64,000 nt of DNA from Candidatus Hodarchaeota archaeon. Lineage in GTDB: Archaea > Asgardarchaeota > Lokiarchaeia > Sigyniarchaeales > SOKP01. The stretch covers positions 5,538-69,537 of the forward strand of contig JBHLJZ010000004.1 in assembly GCA_048887165.1 (NCBI GenBank), in the 5' to 3' direction. Both the position numbers and the translations under genes were made by a program. Under the pieces are notes generated by a model that was not told the DNA's origin, did no database searches, and saw nothing but the letters and a program-made list of their open reading frames with translations. Positions 18,186 to 26,864 of the stretch are shown piece by piece. Position 1 is the first letter of the stretch, and every line of letters begins with the position of its first letter.

Positions 18186-19916
18186 TTAGAAGACGCCTGC
18201 ATCTTTTAAAATTTGTTTATGATCAAAAGCTAAATCCATAGTTTTTACTTTTTCAATTGGAATTGCTTCGGCAACTTTTGCGTCATCTCCACCTGCTAAC
18301 AATGTGAGATCTTTGACTAACCTGCATTTAAATGCAGTTGATACAATTCTTCCTCGAGGATCCCGACCTTTTTGATCATATGTCCCTATTTTTTTTACTA
18401 CTTCAACAGCAAGGTTAGTTTCTTCTCTTACTTCTCTTACGACCGCTTGTTCGGCGTTTTCATTATACTTAATGAAACCACCAGGTAGAGCATACTTACC
18501 TTTATAAGGATGATATTTTCTTTTGATTAATATTATATTTCGATTTTTATCCTCTATAACGGCATCTACAGTATAACCCTTCTCTTCCACTTTTGCTTTT
18601 AATCGATGTAATACAAAATAAGTTAATGTACCTATAAACATCAACCCAATGATCGTCGTTGCTAATAAATAAGATATTATGACAAATTGACTTTTTGTAG
18701 GATCTGTGCCTAGAATTAGAACATCAAAAAAATCTTTCACGATTCCAGCACTTAATATTATATTTACTAGATATAATATCCTTGTTGTAACCTTTTGATT
18801 CTTTTCATTTCTTTGAAGATAGAATTCTTGCATAGAATCATATAGCATCTTGAATTTTTCATTAACTCTCTCTATAATAGTTTCAATACGATAACCTTTT
18901 ATAAGATGGGTTAAAACTCGTGTGTAATGCTCACGTGGATTCCAATCTAATTCGCTGTAAATAAGACTCATTTTGGTTTGAATCATTCCTCGTAAAAATC
19001 TAAGATTATTAGTCTTATGTTCTATTGTTTCCAGACTCATAAAAACATCTGAATAACGTTTCATAAATAAAATGTCCAGTGAATTATTAATCGTCATGAG
19101 TGCGAAAAGAACAGCTCTTATTTTTGGAGTTGGTTCTAATATATGTTCTTTTATATAGGGAAACTCTGTGTTATAGTTATGTTCTGCCATGTAAATAAAT
19201 CCAGAATTTCTTTGAATATAATGCAGTTCAGAGACGCGATTAGAGAAATTCTTTTTTGTCCTTCTTTCAAAAAGTTCATCAGAATAATCGCCCCATTGTC
19301 CTGAATATACGCGAGTCCAATATCCAAGAACTTCTTTATACCTTTCTATATTTTTTGCATCCCACTGGACTTCTATAGGGCTAGTTTTATTTGATATTAA
19401 GAACACATATATTGGACTCTCGGTATCTATAAGGAGAAATTCATTTTCTCTTCTATTACTAAAGTCTTTAAGAATATCAAGAACAATATAGGGTATCTGT
19501 TGGATTAAATCTGGTGTGATCTTTTCTTTTTTATATGGCTCATTTTTAAAATATTCAATTTCAAATTTAAAATATCCTAAGGTGTTATAAACTAAATCTC
19601 GATAGTCTTCAGTATAAGGTCTATTTTCGTCAGTATAAGGAAAATTCTGGAAGAAAGGTTCCCAATCACATTCAATAACTATTGATTTGGCCATTTCTCT
19701 TAAAATGGTCTTCTTCTCTTCAGCATAAGGATATTTCTCTAAAAATATGAAGGATTTTGCTAGTTCTTCATCACTAAGATTCTTTAATTTTTCCAAAAGG
19801 AATGCTTCTATTTCTTCCGCCTTAGTTTCTCCAATAAACTCATTCGTATTTATGAAAGCACTGATATACCAAAATTCTTTTCCGTAAATAAAACGTAAAT
19901 TTTCTTCCATTTTCAA
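18186..19916 (-). CDS. Fusion protein: ~380-aa unknown cytoplasmic domain, two TM helices, C-terminal Nudix hydrolase (ADP-ribose pyrophosphatase-like)
   Basis: 576 aa. Near-canonical Nudix box GGFIKYNENAEQAVVREVREETNL (Gx5Ex7REUxEExxU). Flanks KGKYALPGG and DPRGR are typical of COG1051-type ADPRases. TM helices ILYLVNIILSAGIV and FVIISYLLATTIIGLMFIGTLTYFVL. Confidence 0.75.
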   Translation of the reverse strand: MKMEENLRFIYGKEFWYISAFINTNEFIGETKAEEIEAFLLEKLKNLSDEELAKSFIFLEKYPYAEEKKTILREMAKSIVIECDWEPFFQNFPYTDENRPYTEDYRDLVYNTLGYFKFEIEYFKNEPYKKEKITPDLIQQIPYIVLDILKDFSNRRENEFLLIDTESPIYVFLISNKTSPIEVQWDAKNIERYKEVLGYWTRVYSGQWGDYSDELFERRTKKNFSNRVSELHYIQRNSGFIYMAEHNYNTEFPYIKEHILEPTPKIRAVLFALMTINNSLDILFMKRYSDVFMSLETIEHKTNNLRFLRGMIQTKMSLIYSELDWNPREHYTRVLTHLIKGYRIETIIERVNEKFKMLYDSMQEFYLQRNEKNQKVTTRILYLVNIILSAGIVKDFFDVLILGTDPTKSQFVIISYLLATTIIGLMFIGTLTYFVLHRLKAKVEEKGYTVDAVIEDKNRNIILIKRKYHPYKGKYALPGGFIKYNENAEQAVVREVREETNLAVEVVKKIGTYDQKGRDPRGRIVSTAFKCRLVKDLTLLAGGDDAKVAEAIPIEKVKTMDLAFDHKQILKDAGVF

Positions 19917-20109
19917 TTGCCCTCAAATAAATTATATTAGACAAATGATTAAATTATTATTAAATTGTTATTCTATTTATTACTTTTTTTTTTTCTAATC
20001 TAAAAATTATTATTAATTCTCTTCAAAATGATTTTAGCAATCTTTTTTTATAATTGAGTTTAATTAAGTTTAATAATAAAATCTAACAAATTTTTAAAGG
20101 AAAATTACG

Positions 20110-21435
20110 ATGGAAGGAGAGGTAAAAAAAATAAAATTAAAGCGAAGAATTTCTCTTCTTGGAATAACTTTTTACGGTGTTGGGAATGTTTTAGGTGCCG
20201 GGATTTATGCTTTAATAGGTGAAGTTGTTGGGATAACTGGAAATATCTCATGGATATCGTTTATATTAGCATCTATTACAGGTGCTTTAACAGGATTATC
20301 TTATGCCGAACTTTCTGCTATGTTTCCTAAAAGTGCTGCTGAATTTGTTTATACCGAAGAAGCATTTAAAATTAGAATAGTATCGTTTATTTTAGGATGG
20401 ATTATCATTTTTTCAGGAATTTTTTCTGCTGCTACTGTTGCTTTAGGATTTGCTGATTATTTATCTAGTTTATTAGGAGTCCCTATTGTTATTGTTAAAG
20501 TCATAATTGCGATTTCACTTATCATTATATTAAGCTTTATTAACTTTATAGGTATTAGAACTTCAACGTGGACGAATATTTTATTCACCCTGATAGAAGC
20601 ATCGGGTTTAATATTTATAATAATTATAGGAGTACCTTACTTAGGTTCTGTGAATTATTTTGAATTGCCTGCAGCATCTTCAATAAATGCTATATTCTCA
20701 GCAGTCGCTCTAATCTTTTTTGCTTATATTGGTTTCGAAGATATTGCAAATATTGCAGAGGAAGCTAAGGAACCTCACCGAAATGTTCCTAGAGCAATAA
20801 TTTATTCAATTATTATTACAACAATCTTATATTGTTTAACAGCACTTTCAGTAGTAAGTATAGTTAATTACGCTGACATTGCTAATTCAGATGCTCCGTT
20901 AAATTATGTTGTTTCCACAGTTCTAGGCCCTATTGGGGGCTTTATTATGACTATTATTGCACTATTCGCAACAGCGAACACAGTTTTAATCATGTTAATT
21001 GTTACATCAAGAATGATTTATGGGATGGCAAGAGATAAAGCTTTACCAGAAGGATTAGCAAAAATCTCACCAAAGCACAGGATTCCTACCCTTTCTGTAT
21101 TTTTAACAATGATCCTAACTATCATTCCTGTATTCTTTGTAGATATTTCAATTGTAGCGCATGCAACTGTTTTCGGTGTTTTGATAAACTTTTTCTTGGT
21201 CAATATTAGCTTAATTGCCTTAAGGAGAATGAAACCAGAAATTGAAAGACCTTTCAAATTAACACCAAATATAGGCTGGATACCTATTATTGCACTATTA
21301 GGTGCTATTGTTTGTATAGCATTACTTTTTACGTTTGATTTGCTAACTATAATTATCCAATCTATAATTATTCTAGTTGGTATTGTTGTATTCTATGCTA
21401 TGAAATCTAAAATTGAAACTAAAGCTATGAAATAG
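20110..21435 (+). CDS. APC-superfamily amino acid/polyamine permease
   Basis: 441 aa, about 12 TM helices. N-terminal GVGNVLGAGIYALIGE motif typical of APC transporters. Confidence 0.8.
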   Translation: MEGEVKKIKLKRRISLLGITFYGVGNVLGAGIYALIGEVVGITGNISWISFILASITGALTGLSYAELSAMFPKSAAEFVYTEEAFKIRIVSFILGWIIIFSGIFSAATVALGFADYLSSLLGVPIVIVKVIIAISLIIILSFINFIGIRTSTWTNILFTLIEASGLIFIIIIGVPYLGSVNYFELPAASSINAIFSAVALIFFAYIGFEDIANIAEEAKEPHRNVPRAIIYSIIITTILYCLTALSVVSIVNYADIANSDAPLNYVVSTVLGPIGGFIMTIIALFATANTVLIMLIVTSRMIYGMARDKALPEGLAKISPKHRIPTLSVFLTMILTIIPVFFVDISIVAHATVFGVLINFFLVNISLIALRRMKPEIERPFKLTPNIGWIPIIALLGAIVCIALLFTFDLLTIIIQSIIILVGIVVFYAMKSKIETKAMK

Positions 21436-21627
21436 TTTTTTTCATAAAAATTAGAAAATCAATAATTCTAACTATATTTTTCTTTCCATTTTTTTTGTTT
21501 TAAGGAGGTATCATCCTTCATTTTACACTTTCGATGAATTTGATCTTGTTTTTCCCATTCTTTTTCAAGCAAATCGTCTAATTCATCGTATTCATTCTCA
21601 TCTTGATCCAAAGAAATCACCTTTGAT

Positions 21628-22761
21628 TTATTTATCAAGGGCTTCTAATAAATAGTCTGTTATATATCGACATGTTTTTTCTGATTGAGTTTTATAATTT
21701 ACATACCTATAGTTAAATACACATAATGGGCAAGAAGTAATAATATCTTTGGTCTTTAATTCTTGAAATATTTTTGAGCCTATTTTAATTGAGATACTAC
21801 TGTCTACTCCTCTAATTCCAGAACCGGCTCCGCAACAGGGAGTATATTCACGATTCTCATTTAACTCTTCCACTTTAGTATTGATCATCTTCAATAATTC
21901 TCTTGGTTCCTCAAATATCTTAAGATTTTTTAATTTCCTCCCCATACGACAAGAATCATGATAGGTAATATTATTATTCAAATTATTAAATTGAAGTTTA
22001 CCATCCTTAGTAAGTATATTAACAATTTGGATGATATGCTTTACATTAATATTCCAATCAGAAACATATTTCGGATATATATTATTGAATGCATATAAAC
22101 ATCCTCCACATGTAACTAAGATATTTTTTACACCAATTTCCTTAAATAATTTGAAATTCTCTTCAAATATTTGTTTTGCAAGTTCTAAATTTCCAGCAGA
22201 ATAAACATACTCCCCACAACATGGTTCCTTTTCTAATATTTTAAAATCAAAATTTCCTGCCTTCAATAATTTATAAGAAGAACTTGCGCTCTCTTTAACT
22301 CTAAAGGAAGACATACAACCTAAAAATAATAATGTATCAGATTCTTTGCTTTCATAAAGCTCTTGTTCTCGAAAACTGTTAGGAATCCAATCTAACCTTT
22401 CTTCGGGATTGCCGTTGACACTATTATCTTTCTCAATAATATTTTTAATAATTTTATTATGAATCTCTAGAGGGGCTTCATTTTGATTAACTAACTTGAT
22501 TTTAGATGAATGTATCAAATCGGAGATGTTAATATTTTCTGTACAAAATCGGTCACATATTCCACATAAAGTACAAGTATACAATCCTATTTTTTCTTCT
22601 TCCGTAATACTCTCATTTTTGAAAACTTTTTTAGTAATTTTTAACCGTCCGTTTGGTGATTTCAAATCATCTTGGGTTACTATAAAAGTATCACAATAAT
22701 CCATACAAGTTTTACAGTCAATACAAGACTCTATTTCTGTTAATAACTGGATTTCATTCAT
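21628..22761 (-). CDS. (Fe-S)-binding oxidoreductase, GlcF/HdrD-like: 2x[4Fe-4S] ferredoxin domain plus two CCG domains
   Basis: 377 aa. Motifs CIDCKTCMDYC and CTLCGICDRFC. CCG-type motifs CCGE...CGGC and CCGAGSG...CPLC. Its start overlaps the upstream gene stop by 4 nt. Confidence 0.75.
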   Translation of the reverse strand: MNEIQLLTEIESCIDCKTCMDYCDTFIVTQDDLKSPNGRLKITKKVFKNESITEEEKIGLYTCTLCGICDRFCTENINISDLIHSSKIKLVNQNEAPLEIHNKIIKNIIEKDNSVNGNPEERLDWIPNSFREQELYESKESDTLLFLGCMSSFRVKESASSSYKLLKAGNFDFKILEKEPCCGEYVYSAGNLELAKQIFEENFKLFKEIGVKNILVTCGGCLYAFNNIYPKYVSDWNINVKHIIQIVNILTKDGKLQFNNLNNNITYHDSCRMGRKLKNLKIFEEPRELLKMINTKVEELNENREYTPCCGAGSGIRGVDSSISIKIGSKIFQELKTKDIITSCPLCVFNYRYVNYKTQSEKTCRYITDYLLEALDK

Positions 22762-23525
22762 ACAATATCATCTAAAGAAACGTTATATAATTTATCAATG
22801 CTACTATACCCTACAATTTCATCTCTTAAATAAATCCTAAATGGTAATTCTAAGTCTTTATAGGGCTTTAAAATATTAAGTAGGGTAATATGCTCAGGCT
22901 TTTTAAACTCAGCTTTATATTCTTGGCCAACTCCTTCAGAATATTGATATTGTTGTAAAACAAATTCACCTCTAAATTGATTTTTCCTGAGAAAAGAAAT
23001 AATTTTATGGATATCACTTTGTTTTAAAACATTCTCTACGAAAGTAGTTCTGATTTCAAAATCGATTTGCTCTCGATGATTTACATTCGAATAAGTCTCA
23101 AAAATTCTATCTGGATTTACATTACTTCCGGTAATCTTTCTTAATTTATTTTTTTTTAAAGGACCTTTTAGATCTAACGCTACTCTATCAATCAAAGGCA
23201 ATAATTCTTTAATAATCTCTGGATTAGTACCATTTGTATCTACACTAATATATTTCCCTATCTTTTTAATTTCTTTACATAATTCTAATAAATCATGTTG
23301 AAGAGTAGGTTCTCCTCCTGAGATACTAATCCCATTAACTAACATATTACTCTTTATTTGGTCAATCAACTCATTTATTTCCCAAATTCTACCTACTTCC
23401 TTACTTAATAGAAATTTATTATGACAAAACCCACAGTTTAAATTGCATCCAACTGTAAAAATAACCATGGAAGACTTGTTAGGAATATCTTTAGTAGATA
23501 TATCTATAATTCCTCCTACTCTCAC
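22758..23525 (-). CDS. Radical SAM activating enzyme (glycyl-radical-enzyme activase/NrdG-like)
   Basis: 255 aa. Motif VGCNLNCGFCHNK (GCNLxCxFCHN, CxxxCxxC) and SISGGEPTLQ. Confidence 0.75.
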   Translation of the reverse strand: MRVGGIIDISTKDIPNKSSMVIFTVGCNLNCGFCHNKFLLSKEVGRIWEINELIDQIKSNMLVNGISISGGEPTLQHDLLELCKEIKKIGKYISVDTNGTNPEIIKELLPLIDRVALDLKGPLKKNKLRKITGSNVNPDRIFETYSNVNHREQIDFEIRTTFVENVLKQSDIHKIISFLRKNQFRGEFVLQQYQYSEGVGQEYKAEFKKPEHITLLNILKPYKDLELPFRIYLRDEIVGYSSIDKLYNVSLDDIV

Positions 23526-23534
23526 AGAATCAAC

Positions 23535-24431
23535 TCAATACTCTTTTTTAACTAAATCTTCTACTGCATATAATGTTAATGAGAAAGGACCTATAGATTC
23601 CATTTTGAGAGATGTCAATGCTGCTGCGAACTTTAAAGATTCATCTGGACTTTTTGTAATTCTTGAGCCTAAATAACTAATAAATGCGGTATCTCCACGC
23701 CCGGTTCTTCCAATACTATTTTTGTTTTTCCAAGGAAAAAAATAAATTTGACTTTCAGCATTTACAGTAATACCCCTTTCATGAGTTAAAAGTATTTCAG
23801 AGGGTCCTAATTCTATTAACTCTTCAGAGGCTTTATTAATATCCTTCTGGCCCGTCAAGATTTCAGCTTCTGTTTGGTCTACTTTTAATACCTTTACCTT
23901 AGAAATTATATCAATTTTATCTCTATGGTCTAACTCACGATAAATTATTTCCTTATTTTCTCTAATTCTTATGAAACCTTGGATATCTAAACATAATTTC
24001 TCTTTATACCTTTCAGAGAGATGATTTAATAGGTTAACATCTATCTCTCCAGCTATAATTGGGCCAATTACGAAATATTTAGTTTTAATATCAGGGATCT
24101 CTTCTTTCCTAAATAAACCAGCAAAACCTAAAGGTTCATAATTTCTAAACTCAACATTTTTTGAAGAATAAATATTCTTTAAACCAGAGGTTTCCTCGGA
24201 AGGATAAGCATAATACCTAATTCCTTTTATCCTAAAGATATCCAATATAGGAAAATCCTCTTTTTTTAATCTTGTAATTACAGTTATTTTAAGACCCATA
24301 TGAGCTCCAGCAATTCCCCCATAATACACTCCTCCTCCTAAAGAGGGGGTACTGACTCCATCAACTTCAATTATATCCTTCGCGATATGACCTAAGATAA
24401 CAATATCTGACCTTATTAAATCCTTAGCCAT
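23535..24431 (-). CDS. PfkB-family carbohydrate/nucleoside kinase
   Basis: 298 aa. N-terminal GG(V)YYGG sugar-lid region. C-terminal GRTGRGDTAF, comparable to the DTxGAGD ATP/anion-hole motif. Confidence 0.75.
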   Translation of the reverse strand: MAKDLIRSDIVILGHIAKDIIEVDGVSTPSLGGGVYYGGIAGAHMGLKITVITRLKKEDFPILDIFRIKGIRYYAYPSEETSGLKNIYSSKNVEFRNYEPLGFAGLFRKEEIPDIKTKYFVIGPIIAGEIDVNLLNHLSERYKEKLCLDIQGFIRIRENKEIIYRELDHRDKIDIISKVKVLKVDQTEAEILTGQKDINKASEELIELGPSEILLTHERGITVNAESQIYFFPWKNKNSIGRTGRGDTAFISYLGSRITKSPDESLKFAAALTSLKMESIGPFSLTLYAVEDLVKKEY

Positions 24432-24568
24432 GAGTATATTATTTAAATTACACTAATGTTTAAGAAATTAACTAATATTATAAAATTTAATATTAAAATT
24501 ATGCATATCAAAAGAAAATAATAAAAACATTAAAGAGAAGAGAAGAATAAAAATACCTAATAAGCTCT

Positions 24569-24769
24569 TTATTCATAAACTAATAATGAATTTACCTTCG
24601 AATTGCTTACAAAACGCGCAATAATTTTTTCTTCAATTTTTTCTAAATTCACAGGTTTAGTACAATTCCAATCATAACATTGCCTATCGTCCTTATAAAT
24701 AACTCCACAATGAATATAATGATAGGATCCATAGGCATATTCTTTACCACAATTTGGACATTTTGGCAT
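24569..24769 (-). CDS. Small zinc-ribbon protein
   Basis: 66 aa. MPKCPNCGKEY...HCG...C..WNC gives CxxC plus further Cys/His ligands. Coding status not independently supported. Confidence 0.4.
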   Translation of the reverse strand: MPKCPNCGKEYAYGSYHYIHCGVIYKDDRQCYDWNCTKPVNLEKIEEKIIARFVSNSKVNSLLVYE

Positions 24770-25322
24770 TTTTTTTTCACATCACCTTAATTTTGAATAA
24801 TTTTTATACTTTTTTTTGTTTTACTATATTTTTTTTAATTTATTTCTTTTGTATATCTTAGGTATAATATAGTAAAAATGCTATTTAAACCTTCCCATCC
24901 CTTTCCCCTTTTATCATAAACCTTAAATATATTAGGCAAATCGACAAAAATTAGGTAATTAAAAAATTAGTCTGAAATCTTTTTAACTAATCATTTATAA
25001 AATGAAAGATTTATAATATTCTTGGATATACTATAGCAATATTGAAATTTCTTTAAAGTATACCCAAAAAAACCATAAAGTTTAAAAGATGAATTATAAG
25101 GTTAAAATTTACTAATATTTTTATAATCTTATTTATAACAGGTACTGCAAATGCTAAGGATAATTATCCACTAATGAAATGCCCTGTTGGTCAACCTGGA
25201 TTAATACCAGGGTATTGGAATAGTATTGCTAAATTTAAAAAAAAGAAAATTCATAAAATTTGAATTAAAATGAGTTTTTAATAACACATTTTTTTTTATT
25301 AAAAAAAGTTTGAGTATACTCA

Positions 25323-26150
25323 TTATAGTTTCTTATCTTTCACATTTGTTTTCACTGATTCTGATTCGGAAACCTCTACTTTACTTAAAATTTCGTATAA
25401 TTTATCCAAATATTCTTCTTTTTTGTACCTTTTTATAACCACATTAAAGGTGCTCTCACCCACTTTTACAAAATAACCTACTGATTTTTTAGGTTTTTCC
25501 TCGTATTTTTTCCTTAAACGTGCGATGATAGGTTTAATTAAACCTTTAAAAGGTTTAATTGGAAATTCATATCCATAGCACGGTAAGTCTTGTGTAGTCG
25601 AGGCATCCATCATCCCCTTCATCGAGGTTTTTCTTCGAGACTTTCCGGATAAATAGTATATAAATCCATCTATGGATGGACCTCCAACACCTCCCAACCG
25701 ACCACCCCCCACTTCAAGTTGACCTTGAGCAATGATTCTATTATTAGTAATGATAAGATGTCCATAATCTATGGAAATAATGACTGGAACGCGAACAATC
25801 GCTTTGGATTTACTATCTACCATTGATATATCTGCATCACATTCAAAGAGTATTTTCTCTCCATCGTATAAGCTATATTTTTCAATAATATATCTTGCCA
25901 TTTGGTTTTTTTTCTCTCTATCTTTATAATACGGCAAAAAAGAAGAAATAAAATTGTTCTTCATAAATAATTCAGGATTTTTACTAAAAGATTCTCCTAC
26001 AATTTCAAAAAACTCACTATCAGAAATAGATTGATGTTCAGTTTTTATCTTCCATAATTCACGTAAATTAGTTTCAATGCGAGAATACGATGGTTCTGAC
26101 AGATTAATTTCTTCCTTAATATTATTCACTATTTGATTTATATCCCTCAT
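25323..26150 (-). CDS. Hypothetical protein
   Basis: 275-aa ORF with non-repetitive composition, a Gly-rich loop GGGRLGGVGGPS, and no recognisable motif. Confidence 0.5.
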   Translation of the reverse strand: MRDINQIVNNIKEEINLSEPSYSRIETNLRELWKIKTEHQSISDSEFFEIVGESFSKNPELFMKNNFISSFLPYYKDREKKNQMARYIIEKYSLYDGEKILFECDADISMVDSKSKAIVRVPVIISIDYGHLIITNNRIIAQGQLEVGGGRLGGVGGPSIDGFIYYLSGKSRRKTSMKGMMDASTTQDLPCYGYEFPIKPFKGLIKPIIARLRKKYEEKPKKSVGYFVKVGESTFNVVIKRYKKEEYLDKLYEILSKVEVSESESVKTNVKDKKL

Positions 26151-26441
26151 TTATCTTCTCTTTTTTCTTTAATGGGCTACTATTTTCTCCATCATAGCAA
26201 AATCTAATTTTTAAGTTAATGTATAGGAGGATAATTTCCTTTATATAATTTCAGTTTACAAGGGAACAAAGCAATTAACGCTATTGTCAATTATTGTTAG
26301 CAGGATATACCAGTCCAATGTGAAACATTCTTTTGATTTAAGTAACAAAAGATTCAATAATAAGGAATTTTATTTTTGATTTTAGGAATATATTCAAACA
26401 ATTATTTAAAAAAGAATAAAAATAAGATTTGAAGTTGAATT

Positions 26442-26864
26442 TTATTTTTCTATAGACTTAGATTTTCTATTTTCCGAGAGTAAATATCTATTTGCTAAAA
26501 CTAAACCTATATTGCCAATCATCGCACCTAAAAGACCAAATATTGCTCCTATTAAAAGAATTAATACCAAAAATAGCCATCCAAAACCTGTTCCAAAGAT
26601 CAATGCTCCTATTTGATTTAAAACTGTATAAGTATTTCGTGTAGCCATCCCAAATAAGGAATATACTAACCAACAAACAAGAATACCCATTGAACCCACC
26701 AAAATACCTCGCCTCATAGATTTATTCATGAAACCTGCTATAATACCGGGGATAATTATTAAATGCCATACTGGAATTAGTGTCAAAACTGAAGTTACAC
26801 AATAAGTAACTAAAAAGCTCAATAATAACATCAAATTCTCTTTCTCCATTGATCTAACCTCCAT
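26442..26864 (-). CDS. Small integral membrane protein (4 TM)
   Basis: 140 aa, four hydrophobic helices. Overlaps the end of the upstream acylase gene by 11 nt, which suggests co-translation. Confidence 0.55.
   Translation of the reverse strand: MEVRSMEKENLMLLLSFLVTYCVTSVLTLIPVWHLIIIPGIIAGFMNKSMRRGILVGSMGILVCWLVYSLFGMATRNTYTVLNQIGALIFGTGFGWLFLVLILLIGAIFGLLGAMIGNIGLVLANRYLLSENRKSKSIEK

Noticed and set aside
21468-21620. Possible 50-codon ORF (GTG start; VISLDQDENEYDELDDLLEKEWEKQDQIHRKCKMKDDTSLKQKKWKEKYS) downstream of the CCG Fe-S gene.
   Set aside because: Too short and compositionally simple to support as a gene without expression or conservation data. It is mentioned only under the operon finding.
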